Assembly (NCBI GenBank): GCA_964016885.1
Contig: OZ024759.1
Location: forward strand, 5,332,001-5,396,000
Length of the DNA: 64,000 bases
Origin: Eledone cirrhosa
Taxonomy: Eukaryota
Direction of reading: 5' to 3'
Each line of letters opens with the position of its first letter. Position 1 is the stretch's first letter. The notes under the pieces are model-generated. The model worked only from the letters and a program-made list of their open reading frames with translations. It was not told the DNA's origin and did not search any database. Both the position numbers and the translations under genes were made by a program. Below are positions 24,501-39,500 of this stretch, piece by piece.

Positions 24501-27500
24501 GAAGTAACTCCACTGTTCGTGAGAATTCATTTAAGTTCATGGTATTAGCTGTCAGAAGTCACTCCAATGTTGGTGAGAATTCATTTAAGTTCATGGTATT
24601 AGCTGTCAGAAGTCACTCCACTGTTGGTGAGAATTCATTTAAGTTCATGGTATTAGCTGTCAGAAGTAACCCCAATGTTGGTGAGAATTCATTTAAGTTC
24701 ATGGTATTAGCTGTCAGAAGTCACTCCAATGTTGGTGAGAATTCATTTAAGTTCATGGTATTAGCTGTCAGAAGGAACTCCAATGTTGGTGAGAATTCAT
24801 TTAAGTTCATGGTATTAGTTGTCAGAAGTAACTCCACTGTTGGTGAGAATTCATTTAAGTCATGGTATTAGTTGTCAGAAGTAACTCCAATGTTGGTGAG
24901 AATTCATTTAAGTTCATGGTACTAGCTGTCAGAAGTAACTCCACTGTTGGTGAGAATTCATTTAAGTTTATGGTATTAGCTGTCAGAAGTAACTCCAATG
25001 TTGGTGAGAATTCATTTAAGTCATGGTATTAGCTGTCAGAAGTAACTCCATTGTTGGTGAGAATTCATTTAAGTCATGGTACTAGCTATCAGAAGTAACA
25101 CCACTGTTGGTGAGAATTCATTTAAGTTCATGGTATTAGCTGTCAGAAGGAACTCCACTGTTGGTGAGAATTCATTTAAGTTCATGGTACTAGCTGTCAG
25201 AAGTAACTCCACTGTTGGTGAGAATTCATTTAAGTTCATGGTATTAGTTTGTCAGGAGTAACTCCACTGTTGGTGAGAATTCATTTAAGTCATGGTATTA
25301 GTTGTCAGAAGTAACTCCAATGTTGGTGAGAATTCATTTAAGTCATGGTACTAGCTGTCAGAAGTAACTCCAATGTTGGTGAGAATTCATTTAAGTTCAT
25401 GGTATTAGCTGTCAGAAGTCACTCCACTGTTGGTGAGAATTCATTTAAGTTCATGGTACTAGCTGTCAGAAGTAACCCCAATGTTGGTGAGAATTCATTT
25501 AAGTTCATGGTATTAGCTGTCAGAAGTCACTCCAATGTTGGTGAGAATTCATTTAAGTTCATGGTATTAGCTGTCAGAAGTAACTCCACTGTTGGTGAGA
25601 ATTCATTTAAGTTCATGGTATTAGCTGTCAGAAGTAACTCCACTGTTGGTGAGAATTCATTTAAGTTCATGGTATTAGCTGTCAGAAGTAACTCCACTGT
25701 TGGTGAGAATTCATTTAAGTTCATGGTATTAGCTGTCAGAAGGAACTCCAATGTTGGTGAGAATTCATTTAAGTCATGGTACTAGCTGTCAGAAGTAACT
25801 CCACTGTTGGTGAGAATTCATTTAAGTTCATGGTATTAGCTGTCAGAAGGAACGCCACTGTTGGTGAGAATTCATTTAAGTTCATGGTATTAGCTGTCAG
25901 AAGTAACTCCACTGTTGGTGAGAATTCATTTAAGTTCATGGTACTAGCTGTCAGAAGTAACTCCAATGTTGGTTAGAATTCATTTAAGTTCATGGTATTA
26001 GCTGTCAGAAGGAACTCCACTGTTGGTGAGAATTCATTTAAGTTCATGGTATTAGCTGTCAGAAGTAACTCCACTGTTGGTGAGAATTCATTTAAGTTCA
26101 TGGTACTAGTTGTCAGAAGTAACTCCACTGTTGGTGAGAATTCATTTAAGTTCATGGTATTAGTTGTCAGAAGTAACTCCACTGTTGGTGGGAATTCATT
26201 TAAGTCATGGTATTAGTTGTCAGAAGTAACTCCAATGTTGGTGAGAATTCATTTAAGTTCATGGTACTAGCTGTCAGAAGTAACTCCACTGTTGGTGAGA
26301 ATTCATTTAAGTTCATGGTATTAGCTGTCAGAAGTAACTCCACTGTTGGTGAGAATTCATTTAAGTCATGGTATTAGCTGTCAGAAGTAACTCCATTGTT
26401 GGTGAGAATTCATTTAAGTCATGGTACTAGCTGTCAGAAATAACTCCACTGTTGGTGAGAATTCATTTAAGTTCATGGTATTAGCTGTCAGAAGGAACTC
26501 CACTGTTGGTGAGAATTCATTTAAGTTCATGGTACTAGCTGTCAGAAGTAACTCCACTGTTGGTGAGAATTCATTTAAGTTCATGGTATTAGTTTGTCAG
26601 AAGTAACTCCACTGTTGGTGAGAATTCATTTAAGTCATTGTATTAGTTATCAGAAGTAACTCCAATGTTGGTGAGAATTCATTTAAGTCATGGTACTAGC
26701 TGTCAGAAGTAACTCCAATGTTGGTGAGAATTCATTTAAGTTCATCGTACTAGCTGTCAGAAGTAACTCCACTGTTGGTGAGAATTCATTTAAGTTCATG
26801 ATATTAGCTGTCAGAAGTCACTCCACTGTTGGTGAGAATTCATTTAAGTTCATGGTACTAGCTGTCAGAAGTAACCCCAATGTTGGTGAGAATTCATTTA
26901 AGTTCATGGTATTAGCTGTCAGAAGTCACTCCAATGTTGGTGAGAATTCATTTAAGTTCATGGTATTAGCTGTCAGAAGTAACTCCACTGTTGGTGAGAA
27001 TTCATTTAAGTTCATGGTATTAGCTGTCAGAAGGAACTCCAATGTTGGTGAGAATTCATTTAAGTCATGGTACTAGCTGTCAGAAGTAACTCCACTGTTG
27101 GTGAGAATTCATTTAAGTTCATGGTATTAGCTGTCAAAAGGAACGCCACTGTTGGTGAGAATTCATTTAAGTTCATGGTATTAGCTGTCAGAAGTAACTC
27201 CACTGTTGGTGAGAATTCATTTAAGTTCATGGTACTAGCTGTCAGAAGTAACTCCAATGTTGGTGAGAATTCATTTAAGTTCATGGTTTTAGCTGTCAGA
27301 AGGAACTCCACTGCTGGTGAGAATTCATTTAAGTGATGGTATTAGTTGTCAGAAGTAACTCCAATGTTGGTGAGAATTCATTTAAGTTCATGGTACTAGC
27401 TGTCAGAAGTAACTCCACTGTTGGTGAGAATTCATTTAAGTTCATGGTATTAGCTGTCAGAAGTAACTCCAATGTTGGTGAGAATTCATTTAAGTCATGG

Positions 27501-30500
27501 TATTAGCTGTCAGAAGTAACTCCATTGTTGGTGAGAATTCATTTAAGTCATGGTACTAGCTGTCAGAAGTAACTCCACTGTTGGTGAGAATTCATTTAAG
27601 TTCATGGTATTAGCTGTCAGAAGGAACTCCACTGTTGGTGAGAATTCATTTAAGTTCATGGTACTAGCTGTCAGAAGTAACTCCACTGTTGGTGAGAATT
27701 CATTTAAGTTCATGGTATTAGTTTGTCAGAAGTAACTCCACTGTTGGTGAGAATTCATTTAAGTCATGGTATTAGTTGTCAGAAGTAACTCCAATGTTGG
27801 TGAGAATTCATTTAAGTCATGGTACTAGCTGTCAGAAGTAACTCCAATGTTGGTGAGAATTCATTTAAGTTCATGGTATTAGCTGTCAGAAGTAAATCCA
27901 CTGTTGGTGAGAATTCATTTAAGTTCATGGTATTAGCTGTCAGAAGTAACTCCACTGTTGGTGAGAATTCATTTAAGTTCATTGTATTAGCTGTCAGAAG
28001 TAACTCCACTGTTGGTGAGAATTCATTTAAGTCATGGTATTAGCTGTCAGAAGTAACTCCACTGTTGGTGAGAATTCATTTAAGTTCATGGTATTAGCTG
28101 TCAGAAGTAACTCCACTGTTGGTGAGAATTCATTTAAGTTCATGGTATTAGCTGTCAGAAGTAACTCCATTGTTGGTGAGAATTCATTTAAGTCATGGTA
28201 CTAGCTGTCAGAAGTAACTCCACTGTTGGTGAGAATTCATTTAAGTTCATGGTATTAGCTGTCAGAAGGAACTCCACTGTTGGTGAGAATTCATTTAAGT
28301 TCATGGTACTAGCTGTCAGAAGTAACTCCACTGTTGGTGAGAATTCATTTAAGTTCATGGTACTAGCTGTCAGAAGTAACTCCACTGTTGGTGAGAATTC
28401 ATTTAAGTTCATGGTACTAGCTGACAGAAGTAACTCCACTGTTGGTGAGAATTCATTTAAGTTCATGGTACAAGCTGTCAGAAGTAACTCCACTGTTGGT
28501 GAGAATTCATTTAAGTTAATGGTATTAGCTGTCAGAAGTAACTCCACTGTTGGTGAGAATTCATTTAAGTTCATGGTACTAGCTGTCAGAAGTAACTCCA
28601 CTGTTGGTGAGAATTCATTTAAGTTCATGGTACTAGCTGTCAGAAGTAACTCCACTGTTGGCGAGAATTCATTTAAGTTCATGGTACTAGCTGTCAGAAG
28701 TAACTCCACTGTTGGTGAGAATTCATTTAAGTTCATGGTACTAGCTGTCAGAAGTAACTCCACTGTTGGTGAGAATTCATTTAAGTTCATGGTACTAGCT
28801 GTCAAAAGTAACTCCAATGTTGGTGAGAATTCATTTAAGTTCATGGTATTAGCTGTCAGAAGTAACTCCACTGTTCGTGAGAATTCATTTAAGTTCATGG
28901 TACTAGCTGTCAGAAGTAACTCCACTGTTGGTGAGAATTCATTTAAGTTCATGGTATTAGCTGTCAGAAGTAACTCCACTGTTGGTGAGAATTCATTTAA
29001 GTTCATGGTATTAGCTGTCAGAAGGAACTCCAATGTTGGTGAGAATTCATTTAAGTCATGGTACTAGCTGTCAGAAGTAACTCCACTGTTGGTGAGAATT
29101 CATTTAAGTTCATGGTATTAGCTGTCAGAAGGAACGCCACTGTTGGTGAGAATTCATTTAAGTTCATGGTATTAGCTGTCAGAAGTAACTCCACTGTTGG
29201 TGAGAATTCATTTAAGTTCATGGTACTAGCTGTCAGAAGTAACTCCAATGTTGGTTAGAATTCATTTAAGTTCATGGTATTAGCTGTCAGAAGGAACTCC
29301 ACTGTTGGTGAGAATTCATTTAAGTTCATGGTATTAGCTGTCAGAAGTAACTCCACTGTTGGTGAGAATTCATTTAAGTTCATGGTACTAGTTGTCAGAA
29401 GTAACTCCAATGTTGGTGAGAATTCATTTAAGTTCATGGTATTAGTTGTCAGAAGTAACTCCACTGTTGGTGGGAATTCATTTAAGTCATGGTATTAGTT
29501 GTCAGAAGTAACTCCAATGTTGGTGAGAATTCATTTAAGTTCATGGTACTAGCTGTCAGAAGTAACTCCACTGTTGGTGAGAATTCATTTAAGTTCATCG
29601 TATTAGCTGTCAGAAGTAACTCCACTGTTGGTGAGAATTCATTTAAGTCATGGTATTAGCTGTCAGAAGTAACTCCATTGTTGGTGAGAATTCATTTAAG
29701 TCATGGTACTAGCTGTCAGAAATAACTCCACTGTTGGTGAGAATTCATTTAAGTTCATGGTATTAGCTGTCAGAAGGAACTCCACTGTTGGTGAGAATTC
29801 ATTTAAGTTCATGGTACTAGCTGTCAGAAGTAACTCCACTGTTGGTGAGAATTCATTTAAGTTCATGGTATTAGTTTGTCAGAAGTAACTCCACTGTTGG
29901 TGAGAATTCATTTAAGTCATTGTATTAGTTATCAGAAGTAACTCCAATGTTGGTGAGAATTCATTTAAGTCATGGTACTAGCTGTCAGAAGTAACTCCAA
30001 TGTTGGTGAGAATTCATTTAAGTTCATCGTACTAGCTGTCAGAAGTAACTCCACTGTTGGTGAGAATTCATTTAAGTTCATGATATTAGCTGTCAGAAGT
30101 CACTCCACTGTTGGTGAGAATTCATTTAAGTTCATGGTACTAGCTGTCAGAAGTAACCCCAATGTTGGTGAGAATTCATTTAAGTTCATGGTATTAGCTG
30201 TCAGAAGTCACTCCAATGTTGGTGAGAATTCATTTAAGTTCATGGTATTAGCTGTCAGAAGTAACTCCACTGTTGGTGAGAATTCATTTAAGTTCATGGT
30301 ATTAGCTGTCAGAAGGAACTCCAATGTTGGTGAGAATTCATTTAAGTCATGGTACTAGCTGTCAGAAGTAACTCCACTGTTGGTGAGAATTCATTTAAGT
30401 TCATGGTATTAGCTGTCAAAAGGAACGCCACTGTTGGTGAGAATTCATTTAAGTTCATGGTACTAGCTGTCAGAAGTAACTCCAATGTTGGTGAGAATTC

Positions 30501-33500
30501 ATTTAAGTTCATGGTTTTAGCTGTCAGAAGGAACTCCACTGCTGGTGAGAATTCATTTAAGTCATGGTATTAGTTGTCAGAAGTAACTCCAATGTTGGTG
30601 AGAATTCATTTAAGTTCATGGTACTAGCTGTCAGAAGTAACTCCACTGTTGGTGAGAATTCATTTAAGTTCATGGTATTAGCTGTCAGAAGTAACTCCAA
30701 TGTTGGTGAGAATTCATTTAAGTCATGTTATTAGCTGTCAGAAGTAACTCCATTGTTGGTGAGAATTCATTTAAGTCATGGTACTAGCTGTCAGAAGTAA
30801 CTCCACTGTTGGTGAGAATTCATTTAAGTTCATGGTATTAGCTGTCAGAAGGAACTCCACTGTTGGTGAGAATTCATTTAAGTTCATGGTACTAGCTGTC
30901 AGAAGTAACTCCACTGTTGGTGAGAATTCATTTAAGTTCATGGTATTAGTTTGTCAGAAGTAACTCCACTGTTGGTGAGAATTCATTTAAGTCATGGTAT
31001 TAGTTGTCAGAAGTAACTCCAATGTTGGTGAGAATTCATTTAAGTCATGGTACTAGCTGTCAGAAGTAACTCCAATGTTGGTGAGAATTCATTTAAGTTC
31101 ATGGTATTAGCTGTCAGAAGTAAATCCACTGTTGGTGAGAATTCATTTAAGTTCATGGTATTAGCTGTCAGAAGTAACTCCACTGTTGGTGAGAATTCAT
31201 TTAAGTTCATGGTATTAGCTGTCAGAAGTAACTCCACTGTTGGTGAGAATTCATTTAAGTCATGGTATTAGCTGTCAGAAGTAACTCCAATGTTGGTGAG
31301 AATTCATTTAAGTTCATGGTACTAGCTGTCAGAAGTAACTCCACTGTTGGTGAGAATTCATTTAAGTTCATGGTACTAGCTGTCAGAAGTAACTCCACTG
31401 TTGGTGAGAATTCATTTAAGTTCATGGTATTAGCTGTCAGAAGGAACTCCACTGTTGGTGAGAATTCATTTAAGTTCATGGTACTAGCTGTCAGAAGTAA
31501 CTCCACTGTTGGTGAGAATTCATTTAAGTTCATGGTACTAGCTGTCAGAAGTAACTCCACTGTTGGTGAGAATTCATTTAAGTTCATGGTACTAGCTGTC
31601 AGAAGTAACTCCACTGTTGGTGAGAATTCATTTAAGTTCATGGTACAAGCTGTCAGAAGTAACTCCACTGTTGGTGAGAATTCATTTAAGTTCATGGTAT
31701 TAGCTGTCAGAAGTAACTCCACTGTTGGTGAGAATTCATTTAAGTTCATGGTACTAGCTGTCAGAAGTAACTCCACTGTTGGTGAGAATTCATTTAAGTT
31801 CATGGTACTAGCTGTCAGAAGTAACTCCACTGTTGGCGAGAATTCATTTAAGTTCATGGTACTAGCTGTCAGAAGTAACTCCACTGTTGGTGAGAATTCA
31901 TTTAAGTTCATGGTACTAGCTGTCAAAAGTAACTCCAATGTTGGTGAGAATTCATTTAAGTTCATGGTATTAGCTGTCAGAAGTAACTCCACTGTTCGTG
32001 AGAATTCATTTAAGTTCATGGTACTAGCTGTCAGAAGTAACTCCACTGTTGGTGAGAATTCATTTAAGTTCATGGTATTAGCTGTCAGAAGTAACTCCAC
32101 TGTTGGTGAGAATTCATTTAAGTTCATGGTACGAGCTGTCAGAAGTAACCCCAATGTTGGTGAGAATTCATTTAAGTTCATGGTATTAGCTGTCAGAAGT
32201 CACTCCAATGTTGGTGAGAATTCATTTAAGTTCATGGTATTAGCTGTCAGAAGTCACTCCACTGTTGGTGAGAATTCATTTAAGTTCATGGTACTAGCTG
32301 TCAGAAGTAACCCCAATGTTGGTGAGAATTCATTTAAGTTCATGGTATTAGCTGTCAGAAGTCACTCCAATGTTGGTGAGAATTCATTTAAGTTCATGGT
32401 ATTAGCTGTCAGAAGTAACTCCACTGTTGGTGAGAATTCATTTAAGTTCATGGTATTAGCTGTCAGAAGGAACTCCAATGTTGGTGAGAATTCATTTAAG
32501 TTCATGGTATTAGCTGTCAGAAGAATCTCCACTGTTGGTGAGAATTCATTTAAGTTCATGGTATTAGCTGTCAGAAGTAACTCCACTGTTGGTGAGAATT
32601 CATTTAAGTTCATGGTATTAGCTGTCAGAAGGAACTCCAATGTTGGTGAGAATTCATTTAAGTCATGGTACTAGCTGTCAGAAGTAACTCCACTGTTGGT
32701 GAGAATTCATTTAAGTTCATGGTATTAGCTGTCAAAAGGAACGCCACTGTTGGTGAGAATTCATTTAAGTTCATGGTATTAGCTGTCAGAAGTAACTCCA
32801 CTGTTGGTGAGAATTCATTTAAGTTCATGGTACTAGCTGTCAGAAGTAACTCCAATGTTGGTGAGAATTCATTTAAGTTCATGGTTTTAGCTGTCAGAAG
32901 GAACTCCACTGCTGGTGAGAATTCATTTAAGTCATGGTATTAGTTGTCAGAAGTAACTCCAATGTTGGTGAGAATTCATTTAAGTTCATGGTACTAGCTG
33001 TCAGAAGTAACTCCACTGTTGGTGAGAATTCATTTAAGTTCATGGTATTAGCTGTCAGAAGTAACTCCAATGTTGGTGAGAATTCATTTAAGTCATGGTA
33101 TTAGCTGTCAGAAGTAACTCCATTGTTGGTGAGAATTCATTTAAGTCATGGTACTAGCTGTCAGAAGTAACTCCACTGTTGGTGAGAATTCATTTAAGTT
33201 CATGGTATTAGCTGTCAGAAGGAACTCCACTGTTGGTGAGAATTCATTTAAGTTCATGGTACTAGCTGTCAGAAGTAACTCCACTGTTGGTGAGAATTCA
33301 TTTAAGTTCATGGTATTAGTTTGTCAGAAGTAACTCCACTGTTGGTGAGAATTCATTTAAGTCATGGTATTAGTTGTCAGAAGTAACTCCAATGTTGGTG
33401 AGAATTCATTTAAGTCATGGTACTAGCTGTCAGAAGTAACTCCAATGTTGGTGAGAAATCATTTAAGTTCATGGTATTAGCTGTCAGAAGTAAATCCACT

Positions 33501-36500
33501 GTTGGTGAGAATTCATTTAAGTTCATGGTATTAGCTGTCAGAAGTAACTCCACTGTTGGTGAGAATTCATTTAAGTTCATGGTATTAGCTGTCAGAAGTA
33601 ACTCCACTCTTGGTGAGAATTCATTTAAGTCATGGTATTAGCTGTCAGAAGTAACTCCACTGTTGGTGAGAATTCATTTAAGTTCATGGTATTAGCTGTC
33701 AGAAGTAACTCCACTGTTGGTGAGAATTCATTTAAGTCATGGTATTAGCTGTCAGAAGTAACTCCATTGTTGGTGAGAATTCATTTAAGTCATGGTACTA
33801 GCTGTCAGAAGTAACTCCACTGTTGGTGAGAATTCATTTAAGTTCATGGTATTAGCTGTCAGAAGGAACTCCACTGTTGGTGAGAATTCATTTAAGTTCA
33901 TGGTACTAGCTGTCAGAAGTAACTCCACTGTTGGTGAGAATTCATTTAAGTTCATGGTACTAGCTGTCAGAAGTAACTCCACTGTTGGTGAGAATTCATT
34001 TAAGTTCATGGTACTAGCTGTCAGAAGTAACTCCACTGTTGGTGAGAATTCATTTAAGTTCATGGTACAAGCTGTCAGAAGTAACTCCACTGTTGGTGAG
34101 AATTCATTTAAGTTCATGGTATTAGCTGTCAGAAGTAACTCCACTGTTGGTGAGAATTCATTTAAGTTCATGGTACTAGCTGTCAGAAGTAACTCCACTG
34201 TTGGTGAGAATTCATTTAAGTTCATGGTACTAGCTGTCAGAAGTAACTCCACTGTTGGCGAGAATTCATTTAAGTTCATGGTACTAGCTGTCAGAAGTAA
34301 CTCCACTGTTGGTGAGAATTCATTTAAGTTCATGGTACTAGCTGTCAGAAGTAACTCCACTGTTGGTGAGAATTCATTTAAGTTCATGGTACTAGCTGTC
34401 AAAAGTAACTCCAATGTTGGTGAGAATTCATTTAAGTTCATGGTATTAGCTGTCAGAAGTAACTCCACTGTTCGTGAGAATTCATTTAAGTTCATGGTAC
34501 TAGCTGTCAGAAGTAACTCCACTGTTGGTGAGAATTCATTTAAGTTCATGGTATTAGCTGTCAGAAGTAACTCCACTGTTGGTGAGAATTCATTTAAGTT
34601 CATGGTACGAGCTGTCAGAAGTAACCCCAATGTTGGTGAGAATTCATTTAAGTTCATGGTATTAGCTGTCAGAAGTCACTCCAATGTTGGTGAGAATTCA
34701 TTTAAGTTCATGGTATTAGCTGTCAGAAGTCACTCCACTGTTGGTGAGAATTCATTTAAGTTCATGGTACTAGCTGTCAGAAGTAACCCCAATGTTGGTG
34801 AGAATTCATTTAAGTTCATGGTATTAGCTGTCAGAAGTCACTCCAATGTTGGTGAGAATTCATTTAAGTTCATGGTATTAGCTGTCAGAAGTAACTCCAC
34901 TGTTGGTGAGAATTCATTTAAGTTCCTGGTATTAGCTGTCAGAAGGAACTCCAATGTTGGTGAGAATTCATTTAAGTCATGGTACTAGCTGTCAGAAGTA
35001 ACTCCACTGTTGGTGAGAATTCATTTAAGTTCATGGTATTAGCTGTCAAAAGGAACGCCACTGTTGGTGAGAATTCATTTAAGTTCATGGTATTAGCTGT
35101 CAGAAGTAACTCCACTGTTGGTGAGAATTCATTTAAGTTCATGGTACTAGCTGTCAGAAGTAACTCCAATGTTGGTGAGAATTCATTTAAGTCGTGGTAT
35201 TAGCTGTCAGAAGTAACTCCATTGTTGGTGAGAATTCATTTAAGTCATGGTACTAGCTGTCAGAAGTAACTCCACTGTTGGTGAGAATTCATTTAAGTTC
35301 ATGGTATTAGCTGTCAGAAGGAACTCCACTGTTGGTGAGAATTCATTTAAGTTTATGGTACTAGCTGTCAGAAGTAACTCCACTGTTGGTGAGAATTCAT
35401 TTAAGTTCATGGTACTAGCTGTCAGAAGTAACTCCACTGTTGGTGAGAATTCATTTAAGTTCATGGTACTAGCTGTCAGAAGTAACTCCACTGTTGGTGA
35501 GAATTCATTTAAGTTCATGGTACTAGCTGTCAGAAGTAACTCCACTGTTGGTGAGAATTCATTTAAGTTCATGGTATTAGCTGTCAGAAGTAACTCCACT
35601 GTTGGTGAGAATTCATTTAAGTTCATGGTACTAGCTGTCAGAAGTAACTCCACTGTTGGTGAGAATTCATTTAAGTTCATGGTACTAGCTGTCAGAAGTA
35701 ACTCCACTGTTGGCGAGAATTCATTTAAGTTCATGGTACTAGCTGTCAGAAGTAACTCCACTGTTGGTGAGAATTCATTTAAGTTCATGGTACTAGCTGT
35801 CAGAAGTAACTCCACTGTTGGTGAGAATTCATTTAAGTTCATGGTACTAGCTGTCAAAAGTAACTCCAATTTTGGTGAGAATTCATTTAAGTTCATGGTA
35901 TTAGCTGTCAGAAGTAACTCCACTGTTCGTGAGAATTCATTTAAGTTCATGGTACTAGCTGTCAGAAGTAACTCCACTGTTGGTGAGAATTCATTTAAGT
36001 TCATGGTATTAGCTGTCAGAAGTAACTCCACTGTTGGTGAGAATTCATTTAAGTTCATGGTACGAGCTGTCAGAAGTAACCCCAATGTTGGTGAGAATTC
36101 ATTTAAGTTCATGGTATTAGCTGTCAGAAGTCACTCCAATGTTGGTGAGAATTCATTTAAGTTCATGGTATTAGCTGTCAGAAGTCACTCCACTGTTGGT
36201 GAGAATTCATTTAAGTTCATGGTACTAGCTGTCAGAAGTAACCCCAATGTTGGTGAGAATTCATTTAAGTTCATGGTATTAGCTGTCAGAAGTCACTCCA
36301 ATGTTGGTGAGAATTCATTTAAGTTCATGGTATTAGCTGTCAGAAGTAACTCCACTGTTGGTGAGAATTCATTTAAGTTCATGGTATTAGCTGTCAGAAG
36401 GAACTCCAATGTTGGTGAGAATTCATTTAAGTCATGGTACTAGCTGTCAGAAGTAACTCCACTGTTGGTGAGAATTCATTTAAGTTCATGGTATTAGCTG

Positions 36501-39500
36501 TCAAAAGGAACGCCACTGTTGGTGAGAATTCATTTAAGTTCATGGTATTAGCTGTCAGAAGTATCTCCACTGTTGGTGAGAATTCATTTAAGTTCATGGT
36601 ACTAGCTGTCAGAAGTAACTCCAATGTTGGTGAGAATTCATTTAAGTTCATGGTATTAGCTGTCAGAAGGAACTCCACTGTTGGTGAGAATTCATTTAAG
36701 TTCATGGTATTAGCTGTCAGAAGTAACTCCACTGTTGGTGAGAATTCATTTAAGTTCGTGGTACTAGTTGTCAGAAGCAACTCCACTGTTGGTGAGAATT
36801 CATTTAAGTTCATGGTATTAGTTGTCAGAAGTAACTCCACTGTTGGTGAGAATTCATTTAAGTCATGGTATTAGTTGTCAGAAGTAACTCCAATGTTGGT
36901 GAGAATTCATTTAAGTTCATGGTACTAGCTGTCAGAAGTAACTCCACTGTTGGTGAGAATTCATTTAAGTTCATGGTATTAGCTGTCAGAAGTCACTCCA
37001 ATGTTGGTGAGAATTCATTTAAGTTCATGGTATTAGCTGTCAGAAGTAACTCCACTGTTGGTGAGAATTCATTTAAGTTCATGGTATTAGCTGTCAGAAG
37101 GAACTCCACTGTTGGTGAGAATTCATTTAAGTTCATGGTATTAGCTGTCAAAAGGAACGCCACTGTTGGTGAGAATTCATTTAAGTTCATGGTATTAGCT
37201 GTCAGAAGTATCTCCACTGTTGGTGAGAATTCATTTAAGTTCATGGTACTAGCTGTCAGAAGTAACTCCAATGTTGGTGAGAATTCATTTAAGTTCATGG
37301 TATTAGCTGTCAGAAGGAACTCCACTGTTGGTGAGAATTCATTTAAGTTCATGGTATTAGCTGTCAGAAGTAACTCCACTGTTGGTGAGAATTCATTTAA
37401 GTTCGTGGTACTAGTTGTCAGAAGTAACTCCACTGTTGGTGAGAATTCATTTAAGTTCATGGTATTAGTTGTCAGAAGTAACTCCACTGTTGGTGAGAAT
37501 TCATTTAAGTCATGGTATTAGTTGTCAGAAGTAACTCCAATGTTGGTGAGAATTCATTTAAGTTCATGGTACTAGCTGTCAGAAGTAACTCCACTGTTGG
37601 TGAGAATTCATTTAAGTTCATGGTATTAGCTGTCAGAAGTAACTCCAATGTTGGTGAGAATTCATTTAAGTCATGGTATTAGCTGTCAGAAGTCACTCCA
37701 CTGTTGGTGAGAATTCATTTAAGTTCATGGTACTAGCTGTCAGAAGTAACCCCAATGTTGGTGAGAATTCATTTAAGTTCATGGTATTAGCTGTCAGAAG
37801 TCACTCCAATGTTGGTGAGAATTCATTTAAGTTCATGGTATTAGCTGTCAGAAGTAACTCCACTGTTGGTGAGAATTCATTTAAGTTCATGGTATTAGCT
37901 GTCAGAAGGAACTCCAATGTTGGTGAGAATTCATTTAAGTCATGGTACTAGCTGTCAGAAGTAACTCCACTGTTGGTGAGAATTCATTTAAGTTCATGGT
38001 ATTAGCTGTCAAAAGGAACGCCACTGTTGGTGAGAATTCATTTAAGTTCATGGTATTAGCTGTCAGAAGTAACTCCACTGTTGGTGTGAATTCATTTAAG
38101 TTCATGGTACTAGCTGTCAGAAGTAACTCCAATGTTGGTGAGAATTCATTTAAGTCCTGGTATTAGCTGTCAGAAGTAACTCCATTGTTGGTGAGAATTC
38201 ATTTAAGTCATGGTACTAGCTGTCAGAAGTAACTCCACTGTTGGTGAGAATTCATTTAAGTTCATGGTATTAGCTGTCAGAAGGAACTCCACTGTTGGTG
38301 AGAATTCATTTAAGTTTATGGTACTAGCTGTCAGAAGTAACTCCACTGTTGGTGAGAATTCATTTAAGTTCATGGTACTAGCTGTCAGAAGTAACTCCAC
38401 TGTTGGTGAGAATTCATTTAAGTTCATGGTACTAGCTGTCAGAAGTAACTCCACTGTTGGTGAGAATTCATTTAAGTTCATGGTACTAGCTGTCAGAAGT
38501 AACTCCACTGTTGGTGAGAATTCATTTAAGTTCATGGTATTAGCTGTCAGAAGTAACTCCACTGTTGGTGAGAATTCATTTAAGTTCATGGTACTAGCTG
38601 TCAGAAGTAACTCCACTGTTGGTGAGAATTCATTTAAGTTCATGGTACTAGCTGTCAGAAGTAACTCCACTGTTGGCGAGAATTCATTTAAGTTCATGGT
38701 ACTAGCTGTCAGAAGTAACTCCACTGTTGGTGAGAATTCATTTAAGTTCATGGTACTAGCTGTCAGAAGTAACTCCACTGTTGGTGAGAATTCATTTAAG
38801 TTCATGGTACTAGCTGTCAAAAGTAACTCCAATTTTGGTGAGAATTCATTTAAGTTCATGGTATTAGCTGTCAGAAGTAACTCCACTGTTCGTGAGAATT
38901 CATTTAAGTTCATGGTACTAGCTGTCAGAAGTAACTCCACTGTTGGTGAGAATTCATTTAAGTTCATGGTATTAGCTGTCAGAAGTAACTCCACTGTTGG
39001 TGAGAATTCATTTAAGTTCATGGTACGAGCTGTCAGAAGTAACCCCAATGTTGGTGAGAATTCATTTAAGTTCATGGTATTAGCTGTCAGAAGTCACTCC
39101 AATGTTGGTGAGAATTCATTTAAGTTCATGGTATTAGCTGTCAGAAGTCACTCCACTGTTGGTGAGAATTCATTTAAGTTCATGGTACTAGCTGTCAGAA
39201 GTAACCCCAATGTTGGTGAGAATTCATTTAAGTTCATGGTATTAGCTGTCAGAAGTCACTCCAATGTTGGTGAGAATTCATTTAAGTTCATGGTATTAGC
39301 TGTCAGAAGTAACTCCACTGTTGGTGAGAATTCATTTAAGTTCATGGTATTAGCTGTCAGAAGGAACTCCAATGTTGGTGAGAATTCATTTAAGTCATGG
39401 TACTAGCTGTCAGAAGTAACTCCACTGTTGGTGAGAATTCATTTAAGTTCATGGTATTAGCTGTCAAAAGGAACGCCACTGTTGGTGAGAATTCATTTAA